A stretch of DNA of 64,000 nt from Eledone cirrhosa (taxonomy: Eukaryota): the NCBI GenBank assembly GCA_964016885.1, contig OZ024740.1, positions 82,894,001 to 82,958,000 of the forward strand. Reading direction: 5' to 3'. The notes under the pieces were generated by a model, which was not told the DNA's origin, made no database searches, and saw only the letters and a list, made by a program, of their open reading frames with translations. The translations under genes were made by a program, and so were the position numbers. Numbering within the stretch: position 1 is the stretch's first letter; each line of letters starts with the position of its first letter. Shown one piece after another: positions 27,587-41,041 of the stretch.

Positions 27587-27696
27587 TGCTGACAATTGTT
27601 TCTTTGATCTGGTATGTCTAGAATTCGCTACCCGCCTAATTTTACGTCAATCGACCTCCAATACTTTGTTTATAACCAGTTGTTTTCATCAGAGCA
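27587..27696 (-). ncRNA. Minimal type-I hammerhead motif with long, degenerate stem II
   Basis: Minus strand: tgct CTGATGA aaacaactggt..accagatcaaa GAAA c-aatt-g TC agca. GUC triplet and palindromic helix III; the base of stem II is mismatched. Confidence 0.55.
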
Positions 27697-28496
27697 CGCG
27701 AAATGAAAGAGATACACAAGGCATGGCTTTTGTATAGTGTGGTATTAAACCAGAACAATAATATAAATAATAAAATAAAATAACTAGATAGCAAATAGTT
27801 AAAATAATAACGTCAATATAAGTAAGAAATAGAGTATAATGATAAATCTAGCATGTTAAACAAACTGATAGGATACAGATGTATGAAATTGACATGTGAA
27901 AACTGCTATAGGGTACATGATTCGAACTAACAATCCCTACATTTAGTATAGGCCACTGAAATAACGAATCTACAACTCCACTTAACTCCACACAAAAACC
28001 ATTATCCTCACTAAATTAATAAAACGAAAATATTTATGTCAAACAATAAGTAAATCTCCGGTTTATTGCCAGCATACCTACAGCAAATACCTCATAAATC
28101 TTGTCTCCAAGTACATTTTAGTGGTTACTGTTATCTTGTCGCCACCTTAACACTATATCTAATGTACCCTATAGCAGTTTTTTACCAATATTATTAAACG
28201 AGAATTTTCTTCATAATCAAATGTAAGAATTCTATTAATATACATATGAATTTATTCAGTTCTTGTAAACATCGCCTAAATTCACCATTTAAAAATATAT
28301 ATAAAATATAATTACACTTACAATTTTTCTACATTTTGTTCGATATATTCCAATCCCTATAAATTTCACTTATTAAAATTGTTTATATTATATAAATATA
28401 TGATCATGAATTTTTTAAATTTAAATTTTATCTTTAATTTTAATATTTTTGGTATTAAAATTTCTTATATTATATACATATATGATCGTATATGAT

Positions 28497-28688
28497 GGCG
28501 GTGGACTGGCAGTATTGGTAGAGGGTCGGACGCCATGCTTTGACACATAGAGTTACTGCCCTTGCCATTCTGAGTTCAAATCCCGCGGAGATTAACTTTG
28601 CCTTTCATCCTTACGGGGTCGATAAAATAAAGTAAACAGTAATACACTGGATAATTGCTGGTCTTGTGTCAAAAGTAGAAACAATTAC
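28497..28688 (+). mobile_element. tRNA-derived Nin/Deu-domain SINE
   Basis: Same family as 2787. B-box GAGTTCAAATCCC. Flanked by the duplication ATTA(T/C)ATACATATATGAT. Confidence 0.92.
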
Positions 28689-30039
28689 ATACATATATGA
28701 TTATAAATGTTAATTTTAATTTTAATATTTTTAGTTATTTTTCTACTTATTAAATGTTTATCATTTACTGCTTAATATTTTATGTTTACATCTTTATTCT
28801 TTACTGCTTAAATCTTTCACTTTTTTTATTTTTACTTCCTAAATATCTCATTTATTTAAAAATTAATACTTTTTTAAAAGTTACTTATTTCTTAAAAAAT
28901 GATTCTCTTAAAAAAATTATTTTGTTTAAAATTAAAAAAAAATTGTTTAATATTTGTAAATATTTTAAAATATTTGTGAATAATTTTAACATTTTAACTA
29001 GTTTAAGTATTTTTCCAAAAGGTTTTTCCTTTTCAATATATTTTGAGATTCTTAAAAAATTTTTGAAAAATTTATTCCAGATTTTTTTCCAGAACTTTTA
29101 TTATTTTTACATTATATATTTTGAATATTTTTGAATATTTTAATATTTTTAATATTTTTTAATATTTTTTTATATTTTTAATATAACTAATAACTAATTC
29201 TGGCTAAATATATCTTTCAAAACTCATATCTTCGTCAAAATGGTCTGATACTAACTAATAAATAAACAAAATTGGGATTTCACTATCTTCCCAATTTAAA
29301 TATTCAAAATATTAAAAACATATAAATATTTATATTAACTCAGTTAATTTAATTACTTACACTAAATATAAATATACACCAGTATCCCTCATAACTTATT
29401 AAAACAATTATCTGTAACAGAATATACCCATATATCCACTCATATATCCATTCCTCTATTCATATATCTATTCTTCTATCTATATTTTACTATCTATTTT
29501 CTACTTATATATATTCATTCTCAATTTATTTCTCAATATATATTCTTATATTTTCAATATATATACTTATATTTTATACATATTTACTTTTTCTATATAT
29601 CTCTTTTTTCTATATATACATTTTTCTTTTTACCTATAAAAATTAATATTATATTGTATTACATTAGAATTCTAACAACAAAATAATTACTAAATATACC
29701 TAACTTTAATATGAATTTAAGACTTATTTACGTTATATGAATTCATCCTCTGTTAAATTCCTCTCTTCCCTCTATTTTTCTATATATCTCATAACAGTAA
29801 TTTTGTCCCTCTCTTTCTTCTCCCCCCCCCCACCCAGCGTAATTTAAATAAGCGGTTGTTTCTTTCAATTTGTCATACATACATTTGCATATTCACACAT
29901 AACTTTGAATTAACCCTAATAAGTTTCTACTATCCAGCGAATTTTCGGAGCGTTTGTGTCTATGTATGTGTATGTATATATATATATGTTAGATAACTTA
30001 AACTTAATATTAAGATAGTAGAAAGACCAGGTACCTCCA

Positions 30040-30760
30040 TAAAAAACACTTATTAGTATAATACATACCCTTTTCAAAGACCTCCCTGTATAGATATGAA
30101 ATGCATAATCGGTAAACTAAACCCCCATATTAACTGTAAAACTAGAAACATAGTATATAGCACAAGATGTACTGAAGGACAATGTAAATATAAGAATATA
30201 GTGTACATAGGTGAGATGCTCGTAGAGAAAGTTTAAATGAACACTGGCGAAAGCTACAAGATAAAAAAGAATCATGAATACTCCACCAACATGCTAAAAT
30301 AGAACATAAGGGCAAATAAGAGAACATATAAATAAAAATAGAATCTACACACAGAAAAGACGCAATGTTTAGACAAATCACAGAGGCAATAAACATAAAT
30401 CAACTCCAATCAAAATTAAATAGAAAACATGAATGGAATAGCAACATCACAACTTACAATTAAGGACAAAATGAAAACACACACACACATAGAACAATCA
30501 ACCAACCAGTAACATGTAAATAAACAAATAAATAAACAAATATAAACACACACAGACACCCGGATGTAACACATGCGCAAATTAAGCACACAATACACAC
30601 AAAAACAAGATGGCGTAGGAAAGAACAAAGGAGTGGCACAAAACAAAGAAAAGAATCCCCAATCACTGAGGAGGTCACACAATGGGTGACGAAAGAACTT
30701 TGACAATATATGAACAACCGTCCGGTTCTGGAACCAACCAACCAACCGGAAATTTATAAA
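30040..30760 (+). mobile_element. PLE 3' remnant (GIY-YIG endonuclease + 3' region)
   Basis: Plus strand: CKTRNIVYSTRCTEGQCKYKNIVYIGE..LHQHA..DAMFRQITEAININQLQSKLNRKHEW. A degenerate CTGAGGA-gtcac/gtgac-GAAA motif lies at 30666-30694. Confidence 0.75.
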
Positions 30761-30852
30761 TTCTTAAATTTATGAATTTTATTTATAATAAATTGGAGTG
30801 AAAGCAGCTAGTGGTTGTGTTTCTTATTGGCAACTTGACCCTCCCAAAGTAT

Positions 30853-30923
<71 letters not shown>

Positions 30924-30945
30924 GTGTGTGTGTGTGTGTGTGGAT

Positions 30946-30977
<32 letters not shown>

Positions 30978-31061
30978 CATGTATTTCCGTAGAAAAGGTA
31001 AAGGAAAGAAGAGTGCTCTATGTATAGTACAGAGCTATTTAATTATATAATAAAGAACACA

Positions 31062-31532
31062 ATATAATTATACCATTACCCAAGTTTTCATGAACTAGAC
31101 GATGTTAACAGAGACGTCCAAATCGCTCATCAGATGAAATATTTATATTATGGATATAAGATTTGAAATTAAAATCTCTTAAACAAAGAGGCCAAGTGAG
31201 CCTGAATTAAAATCAAGGAAAAAATACATGTACACACAGAATCAGATATACATACATGCATATATACATAATTTTATTTATATGTTTATATATTATGTTT
31301 TTAATTATTTTATTATAATTTTAATTTTATGTATGTGTGCATGTAGGTATATCTGATTCTGTATGTACATGTATTTTTTCGAATGTTTTAATTCCACCTC
31401 ACTTACATTTTTCATAGATTTTAATTTCAAATCTTATATCCATAACATAAATATTTCATCTGATGAGCGTCCTGGACGTTTCTGTTAAGATCGTCTAGTT
31501 TCATGAGACCTTAGGAAATGGAATAATTATAT
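31062..31532. mobile_element. Foldback element with a hammerhead-like motif in each arm (31069-31141 minus; 31452-31525 plus)
   Basis: Arms ~31062-31272 and ~31325-31532. Motif: tatttcat CTGATGA gcg..ggacg..cgtctagtt..GA(A/G)A..gta/gaa atgg(t/a)ata. The arms are visibly diverged. Confidence 0.8.
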
Positions 31533-31959
31533 AATAATAATATGCACCATATTACAAATATGTTGATTATGAATGCTGTTGGTAATTGCAAATGATGATC
31601 AAACGAATAATATTTAAATGAGAAGAACGTGTGAACTATTTTACTAACAGATTACATCTACAAATATATCAGAGTATTAAGTAGACTTCATACCATGATC
31701 TTTATTATAATTATTATGGAAAACCTATAAGGGAAATGCAGCTATGCATGTCACGCGAAATTGATAATGGTGTGATATCTGTGGTGCAGGGAATCAGATT
31801 TCACTTTCATGTATATGTTATGAGCTGATTACAGCTTTTGAATTAATTACAATGTTTTTAATGGGTTCCAGAATTCGTAGATAATTATAGAATGAATATA
31901 TTTAACTTCATACCATACTTAGGAAAATGTGAGTCAAAATCTAAAATCCAGGCCCTTCT

Positions 31960-32510
31960 CAATCTTGTAGGAGGTATCCCTTTCGCAATATTGAGCTTTG
32001 TGGGACCGAAGTATTGAGTCAGATTGTCTTGCCATCTTACATTTGGCCGCGCTAAGGTTTTTCTCCACTACCTTGTCAAATCTGTCGCTCTAGCATTCCA
32101 CCTGTTGCCATGGAGGCCAAAAACGCCGCAAGCCCATCTATGTTTGCCCTTCTTGATAGACTCAGCAATGACCACAACTCCAGTTTGCTGGCCAATCAAC
32201 CGGTTGCTCTTTCTGTCTCGTAAGTTGATGTTGAGCATGATTCAGCCCATTTTATGTGGGAACTACTGAAAGTGTCTCTGCAGTGGTAGTGCACACATCA
32301 CACTTCCATAAGTCATCACCGACAGAAGTTATTTATTAAACATGATTCGCTTGGTTAACATATCTGTTGATGGTTTAACGTGACCGTTAAACATGAACTT
32401 GGGTTTAGGCCTATATGTTGCCCCATAGTTTGGATGGTATTGAACATTTTCCAATTCATCTGGTATACAGGCTATTACGATGATGTCATCTGCAAATTCC
32501 AAATGGTAGA
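31960..32510 (-). mobile_element. Highly decayed LINE RT remnant (RTE-like)
   Basis: The minus strand gives HLEFADDII near 32480-32505 and scattered C-terminal-like fragments. Confidence 0.45.
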
Positions 32511-33225
32511 GGAAAATGCGAGTAATGCAATGTCAAGCGATATGTGCTGAAGGTTAACATATTTGATTTATGAATATCCGCTTTATCATCATAGGAAGAA
32601 AATAAGACCGCAAGTTCATGTAGTCTTATAGCTGAATAATATGAAATAATCAAATATGATGAATTTCAAAATATGATAATTAGAAAAGACATTGCCAAAT
32701 GCAAGAATAATATATATTCAGCGTTGTTCTCATATTCTGTTGGACATTTTTACTGATGGATGTGTCTATACATATTGTACTTTCATTAGAAACAGCTGTT
32801 TTTATTACCGACGAATTCTTCGGCCACCTACCGTTATTAATATCATTTTATAAATACAGGTATCCATTGGAATTAGGCAGAAAAACGTAATTATTAATCA
32901 CATACGAAATTCAAAACATCGATAAGAAATGGGAAATAAATATATGTTTAAGAAATGTTGGTTTCAGTGCAGAATTATACAGACACACGTACACATGTGC
33001 GCGCGCACACGGCAATATTCTGTTAGTGCTCACACCTTCATATGGATGCGGTGTGTTTGTGCATACATTTGAATCTTCTCTTCAGCTTTCGGGTGTCCTT
33101 CCCAATAGACATATGTACAAAAGGTTACACCCATTTTTATATCTACGCCCGTCGCTATATCCCCTTTCACCTTCAGGTGTGTTATTCTTCTGTGATGGAA
33201 GAGATTGTTTACTTCTCTCTCTCTG

Positions 33226-33490
<265 letters not shown>

Positions 33491-33523
33491 TTATATATTT
33501 ATATATATATATTTATATATATA

Positions 33524-33580
<57 letters not shown>

Positions 33581-33714
33581 TAAAATAACAGATTAAAGTT
33601 TAGGCAAAGAATCGCTGCTTTCTCCCTTAACGGGATCTTCTGAAATATATATATATATATCCATACATATTGCCTATTTCTTTACACATTTGGTATTCAT
33701 GCACAATACAAATT

Positions 33715-33950
33715 CATCTTTGCTTTTTATCCTTACAGGATCGATAAAATAAAGTACCAGCAATGCACTGGCGTCGATTTAAGACGTCCCCTCCTCAACA
33801 TTGTTGGGCTTGTGTCTAAATCAGAAACCATTATTATTGTTTTTATTATTATATGAAACTTTGCTTTTCATCCGTCCGGGGTCGATAGAATAAAGTACCA
33901 GTAATGCATTGAAAAATTGCTGGCCTTGTGCCAAAGTAGAAACAATTATT
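33715..33950 (+). mobile_element. Two 5'-truncated Nin/Deu-domain SINE copies
   Basis: CTTTGCTTTT..ATCC..GATA(A/G)AATAAAGTACCAG..CTTGTG..AGAAAC(ATT)n occurs twice. Confidence 0.85.
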
Positions 33951-36712
33951 AGATGAAACTTCCTTTGAATTATGCATTTTTCCCATATCTTGACAATATC
34001 CAACCTGAAAATTGAGTCAGAAAATGGGACTTCTGAAATGTCTAGTTCATTACTGTATATTTGTGCATCTTTTGTAATGGAGTATGATTTTTTGATGCTT
34101 TCATGATTCAAAACAATTTTGATCATCCAATCGTTTGCCTTCCTAAGAAATGTAGATAATCTAATTTTTGCATTTTCAAAGTAATATCTAACTGGATTAA
34201 TCCACGTCCCCCATCTTTCCTAGGGAGATATATTCTATCTGTATCCGCCTTAGGGTGTTGCATTCTGTACATGGTTAAACAATTTCTAATTTTTGTATCG
34301 AATCTACAGATCTCTGTGCTTGACCAGTTGATGATATTGAAACTGTAAGTTGCTACTGGTATGGCAAGCGTTTTTAAGGCATCGATCCTATTCCTTTCAT
34401 TCAACTCCGTTCTTAAGATTGTTCTTACTCTGCGGTAACATTCCTTCCTTATCCTCTCCCTCATTGTCGAGTGCTTGATTCCGTATCCCTTGCAAACGCG
34501 TAGATATGTGTAAGTATCCTCTTGTTCAAGTTCTCTTATCACGTTCCCTCGATCAAGATTAATACCTGAACTTTTCAGCAGCTTTCCTGGTGAACGTGGC
34601 TTTGGTGCATTTATCTAGCCCAAACTCCATTTTAATATCATCACTGAACTGTTCCACAGTGGATAATAGCCCTTGCAATTGTTCATCATTTGCAAATAGT
34701 TTCAGGTTGTCCATGTAGAACCAGTGATTAATGGTTTTGGCATCGACTTTATATCCATGTTTTGTTTCATTGAGTATTTTACTTAATGGTATAAGTGCGA
34801 TGCAGAATAAAAGCTGTGATAAAGAGTCACCATGAATAATTCCACAATTAATATTAACTTCTCCAGCTTCCAGTAATTTTTGTTCACTATTCAAAAGGAG
34901 TGTTGTTTTCCGTGTTTTCATACCGAATGACAGGAACCGCCTGACAACGGGAAATATTTTGAAAATCTCTAAACCCTATTCAATCCAACTGTGTGGCAAA
35001 CTACCGAATGCTTTTTGTAAACTATCCAATCAATTGATAGCTTGTTTTGTCTATTAGGACAATGTTCCAGTATCATATTGTTAATCAAAAGCTGATCCAT
35101 ACAGCCATATGAGCCTGGTTTACACCCTTTCTGCTCATTGGGAAATGGATCATTTGTTATCAGGTGATCATATGTATATTCAATTCGGACTGATGTTAAG
35201 ATTTTATATTTTGGGGATTATTTGTCTCATCATCCTTCGGAAATAGGAATGTAATGCGGTTAACTAGCCATTTCATTGTAAAGTTAGGATAACAGATCAC
35301 GAGACTCTGCGTATTTATTTATCAAACATTTTGGTATTTTGTCGTTCCCTGGCGATTTCTATTTGCTGGATTTACTAAGAGTTCAACTTTTATATGATCC
35401 CCTGTTTATTCCTCAAGGTGAGCTGTATCTTCCAATTGTCTCTCTATCCATGGGACATGTATATTATGAACTTTTTCTTCAGCCCAGATCTTTTCCGAGA
35501 ATTCTTGCACTTCCTCCTTGGGTGGTATTGATTTAGTAGTTATTGTTGAGTTGCCAATTTTTCTGAAGAAGTTCTTTTGATTGTTTGAATATACTATTGT
35601 CCTTATAGAATCTTGAGTGTTTTTCAAATCGCCTCATACGAGCAGCTTTGGTCAACACTTTTTGAGTGATTGTTACTATCATCATATCTATGTCTATTGT
35701 TGATTTTATATGGTATTTCCTTTTCAATTTTCTGAGTTTAATTTGTTTAACGTGTTCACCTATATTGTAGTTTGTTAACATTTCTCTCAGATCGGAGAAG
35801 CTTTATTTGGCGATTGCCGTTCACTTGCCAAGTAGGTTTGGAGTTCTGGATGTTCCCCCATGCCAGATTCTTTCATTTTCATCCATTCGATCATAATTTC
35901 ATTCTTCCAGTTGGCGAATTCATTCTCATTCATTTCTTTATCATTTATGATCTCATTGTTTTCATTTCGAGTTTCATCTTGAGCATGCACACCTTCCATT
36001 TTTTCTATCCTTCTTTAATTTGTTCTGCTGTCAGTGACTCCGGCCCGGCCCTGGGATTTAAGGTGTTACAATTTTGTTCGTTTTCACTGACACATGTTTC
36101 ATTTACCCTTCGCTGACTTTACGCTAATTGCTTGATCTGATCAATTTCTATGCCAGTTAGTAACTTCGTAACAATGTTTCTTCGTATATTGGCTAGTTTG
36201 TTACTGTCAATATAGTTTCTGTTTTCAGGATGTTTCTTTTTCCAGTTGAGATATGTCTGTTCTGTATTCGATCTACTTAATGGCAGTGTAGAAAGCATCA
36301 GGGACCTCTGCATTGTCTTCCCTTGTCCATTTCCTTTCTCTTTTTCTTTGGATTTCATGGTGGTGACAACGGAGCGCCATCTGTAGAGTATTCCGGTTAT
36401 GGGAGGTCTCCAGCTCCAAATTGATGGGAAGGTTTGAACTATTAGCTAATTTTTCGTCCCCAGTCATGTTCCTCTCTTAAGGACGCGGCCATATTTGACC
36501 AGGGTGACGGCCGATCCGGTATGACTTTTTATCATTTGAAATTGGCTTTATTTTGTTGCGTTTTATCCTTAACCGCCAAAGGGTAATCATTTCAAGTTAC
36601 AACTCTTAGGACGAGTGTCAACCAATACTAGAATGGTGTTCCATCCCTAGAGACACGGCTATTCCCCGCCAGCCGCCATCCCGGTATTTCTCGGTCATGG
36701 GGTTTTCTTTTT
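33950..36712 (-). mobile_element. R4/Dong-clade LINE, family B, 3'-truncated and decayed
   Basis: RT motifs GIIHGDSLSQLLFCIAL and INHWFYMDNLKLFA. N-terminus and 5' UTR are collinear with the 41.0-45.0 kb copy. The endonuclease end is missing. Confidence 0.92.
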
Positions 36713-36719
36713 TTTAAGT

Positions 36720-37650
36720 TGTTATTATTGGTGCCTTAATATGAGCCCTGTGTGTCTAATAAAGAAATTGTAAATATAATATACATGTGGCCTTTGTTGA
36801 ATTTGCCGTTGTTGTTGTTGTTGTTGGCCATGCCGGTGGTGATGGGGCTTTCTCCGGAGGGAGGAGGCGGAGTTCTATTGTTGGTGGGGAACTTCAGTGC
36901 CATTGTAGTTGTTAATGTTGAGATGTTCAAAATTGTCTTTTGACCGTGTCACTAAGTCAGTCTATATATATCTGTTGGTGGCTTTCCCCTTTCTAGACCT
37001 GTATAGTGTTACTGCTACCTTCCCTCTCCTTCTCAGAAAATTTGATGTCAACTTTTTTGAAGTTAACAGAAGGTAGTCGAGGAATAATTGTGGTTGCAGC
37101 GATGTAGTTGTGGCGGTGGTGATTGGGTAGTGTTACTGTGGTGATGGCGTGGTTGCCGCTGTTGCTTTGTCTCCAGCTAAATTTTGTAGCCCCTACAATC
37201 TATTGTATTTGTTTGATATGTTTGTATCGATCTGGTTTGTTGCCTATGTTTAATATATATGTTGCGATATTTCCTTTATATTTGAACTAAACATTTTAAG
37301 AAAACTTGAGATACAATAATAATAATTATTATTATGCTGGATTATGCTGGGATTGGTTGTGGTGGTGGTGAAAGTGCCGTTATTTGGCTTTTGTATGTAG
37401 TGTACTCAGAGAGGGTTGCTTCCATTTGTAACTATTTTCTTTTATGAATATAAAATTTATAATACAAAGTTAAATGTTTGAGCCATACGCCAGGGTGTTA
37501 TGGGTCTCACTTCCTGAGAGGTTAGGCTGGTATATTATGCCCCGTTTGTGATAAGAATTGTTATATAACGCTTGTTTTAAATATGTAAAAAAATAAAAAA
37601 CTCTTACAGGAGGGATTCCATAACACTCTAGCCACCACGTGCGTCTTCTT
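36720..37650. repeat. Uncharacterised composite repeat 'X' (related copies ~44990-45420 and ~60260-60890)
   Basis: All three copies share TTTGACCG(A/T)GTCAC..AGTC/AATC..TCTAT..ATATCT and TTAACAG(A/G)AGGTA. 37420-37650 matches 60640-60880, which encodes a zf-RVT-like piece (GISCPICNK). Confidence 0.7.
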
Positions 37651-37656
37651 CCCTAA

Positions 37657-37684
<28 letters not shown>

Positions 37685-37688
<4 letters not shown>

Positions 37689-40600
37689 GTTCTTTGAGTC
37701 TCAGTCATTGATGTTAATTAACTGGAAAGTTTATTGAAATGAATATCAAGCCACTACCTGTAGCCTCAGATATTCAGGAGGTATCGGAGGCTTCTTGCTG
37801 TTTCCAGCAAGCATGCCTTTTGAAGCGTTCCAAAAAGTGGGGAGGGGCCAATTTTCTTAATACATCCCTGGAAACTTTTTGAGATAGTACCTAGTGCGCC
37901 TATGACAATCGGGACCACTTTGACTTCATGGCAGTTCCAAATCCTTTTTACCTCCCACTTTAAGTCCTGGTATCGGTTAATTTTCTCCCTCTCCTTCTCT
38001 TGCACCCTTGTGTCGAATGGGCAGGCCACATCCACAATCAGGCACGATATTTTTTCCTTGTCAAAAACCACCAGGTCAGGTCTATCGTGTTCCAGTTTCT
38101 TGTCCGTCTGTATCCTAAAATCCCATAGCACCTTCACCTAATCGTTTTCTATCACCGACTCTGGCTTATGCTCATACCACTTCTCAGAATGTGGTAAATT
38201 ATTTACTTTGCATAGGTGCCAGTGGATCACACTGCCCATCACATCATGTCTCCAGCATTTATAGTGAGTCTGGGCTAGGTGTTTACACTCGGATACAACG
38301 TGAGCCACAGACTCCTCTCTATACACAGATCCTGCACAGTGGGCTAGCCTCCTCCTTGTAAATATGGTGTTTCAACCACTTCGTTTTGAGGGCCTGCTCT
38401 TGCTTAGCCATTAGCATTCCTTCTGTTGCCTTTTTAAGGTCTCCTATTTTCAACCAGTTCCATGTCTGTGGATCTCTGAATTCAGTTTTCTCAAATAAGG
38501 GATTTTTCATGAAGGCTGCTCTTTCTCCTTGTTGTTATTTCCTCCTTGGACATCCCCTGGTCTATTGTCCTCTCCTTCAGTACAATTCTAAGTATTGGCT
38601 CCTTACTATCAGTCACGTATTTGTGTGGGTTGTTTTAATCCAGCTGAACAGGGTCCTCTATGCTGATAAGACCCCTTCCACATTCAGATCTCCTTAAGTA
38701 GAGTCTATCGACATCACTCCTCTTGTGGAACATGTTGTAGATAGTCAATACCTTCCTAGTCTTCCTATCCGTTTCTTTTTGTTCAGCAACATTCCATCTC
38801 AGAATTCCCGCACTGTACCTAATAATAAACACAGCTCGGGAATTTACTGCACTTATGGCATTCCTACTGTTCAGATGTGACTTTAATACGCTCCTTACTC
38901 TCCGAATGTATTCAGATTTTATCAATTTCTTTCATTTTTTGGTTCTTGATGCCATCAGCCTCCAGAACACCCAAATACTTGTATCCTTCTTCAGTGTCAA
39001 TTTCCTTTATCATCTCACCTGTTGGTAACTGGATTCCGTTGCTTCTGCTCAATTTACCCCTCTTCATCACAAGGACTCCACACTTACTAATACCAAATTG
39101 CATACATATATCATTGCTGAAAATATGGACAGTGTCAACAAGCACATACAACTCCTCACTCTTCCCGAAGAGATTAAGATCGTCCATGAAGTGGAGGTGA
39201 TTGATGGTAAGCTCTCCCTTTCCCAACTTGTATCCTGCTCTCACTTTTCGCAGTATAATGATCAGGAGCATCAGCCAAGGACAAACCACAGAGGGGACTG
39301 ACTATTTCCCTGGAAGATTCCTCTCTTGATCTTCACGCCTCCCAAGGATTCTCCAGCTGATGTTAACTCTGTTTTCCATGACTTCATACTTTTGCCCAAC
39401 AACTGTCTGATGTTATCTGCCACCTTGAAGATCTCTAGGCTTTTGGTGATCCAAGAATGAGGCACCATGTCAAATGCCTTTTTGTAGTCTATCCATCACA
39501 TGAGAAGACCAGTGTGTCTCCTCTTGCAATTCCTCATTACCATCTTATCAATATGTAACTGTTCCTTTTACCACGGGACTGCTTTCGGCATCATTTCTGT
39601 TCGTCCGGTAACAAGTTGTTTGTGTGAAGGTGATGGTGGATTTCCTCAGACATAATGCTTGTCAACAGTTTCCACATTACGGACATACATGTGATAGGTC
39701 TATAGTTGGTAACATCATTACCCCTGACTCGGTCTTTCATTACCAGAACTGTGGTACCTTTTGTCAACCACTCTGTTACCTCACCTGACATCAAGTAGTC
39801 ATTGAACATGGTTGTCAGTTTCGGGTGGAGGGATGTTATATGTTTAATCCAATACCCCTGCACACCATCTGGGCCTGGTGATTTCCAGTTTGTTAGTTTT
39901 TTGGCCTGCAGCTTAAGAGTTTCAACTGTGATACTCAAATCAGTTTGTTGGTGTGCCTGTTCACTAATCTCCTTTTGTACAGTCTCAATCCACACTGCCT
40001 GGTCATTATGTTTAACATCCTGCTCCCATATTCCTCTCCAGAATGTCTTAGTTTGTTCCGCCTCAGGGATGAAGTCGTTGTCTCTTTCTTTCCCTTCAAG
40101 CTCCCCAAACAACATCTAGTTGTTGTCAAACATGCGGTTCTGTCTATACTGACTGAATCTGCACTCATACCGCCTAATCTTTGCACTTTTTGCTACAAGC
40201 GATGCTTCAGTTCCTCTATGATAATATTTAGCTTTTCTCCCCTAGTTTTGTACTTTATTTCCAATCTAACTTTAGTGTCTATGTTTTGTAATGCCCAATA
40301 TATTTTCTCATTTCCTTTATTTGACCATTCAGTCGTTTCTTCCACCAAGGATCTGATCTTTCTTGTTTGTTGTTTCCTCTCGTTTTATGCCAAGTAATTC
40401 CTCACCGCATTTGCTGTTGCTTTCAGGATATTGTTGCATTGGTGAAGGTTCCTCGCCTCACGGTATAGAATGACTTTTTTTAACTTAGCTGTTATTTGTT
40501 TTAACTTTTTCCTGTCTACAAATCTTAGGTTCATAGGTTTCCCACTATCATTGTTAATTTCATCTACCACTAAGTTTATTATATCAACCAAATGTCGTCC

Positions 40601-41012
40601 TATCCCGTCAGCATTCATTTCCTTAATGGCCGCATGTTTGTTCCAGATGTGATTTATGTGAGCATTCAGATCATTCGCTGCTTCGGATGCTTCGTCCGGT
40701 TTCTCAATCTCTTCACCTTCATTTACCACTGGCTCGTTTGCCTGGCATAATCCACTCTCCATTTCCAACCTAATCTCGCTGCTCAGTTCCTCCAGTTCCA
40801 ACTCGCTTATCCATACATTAGTTCTTATTACCCGGGCCTGTCCGGCCAATTTTTGTTCATCTAATTTAAATAGTCCAATCCTTTTTCCTTGGGGTTACCT
40901 TTTTCCTTGGGGTTACTCTTCAGGTAACATTGCATAACAGTTCTATTCAATTCTTTCGTCCAGTTGGTTCTTGTCACTTTCCTTCTTCTTCTTCCTCCAA
41001 CACCAGCAGTAT
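37685..41012 (-). mobile_element. R4/Dong-clade LINE, family A, near full length and decayed
   Basis: WKSPGPDGVQGYWIK, NYRPITC, GIFQG, HLHFMDDLNLFG, CCHC finger (CRIC..ESVAHVVSEC), RHD, RLE PD..D..KEREK. Ends in an (AAT)n tail. Confidence 0.95.
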
Positions 41013-41041
41013 ATTATTATTATTGATATTATTATTATTAT

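Noticed and set aside
28200-29800. Extremely AT-rich tract as a mitochondrial insertion or gene (ORF 28754-29134)
   Set aside because: No mitochondrial gene or tRNA motifs recognised. Low-complexity F/L/I/K/Y translation.
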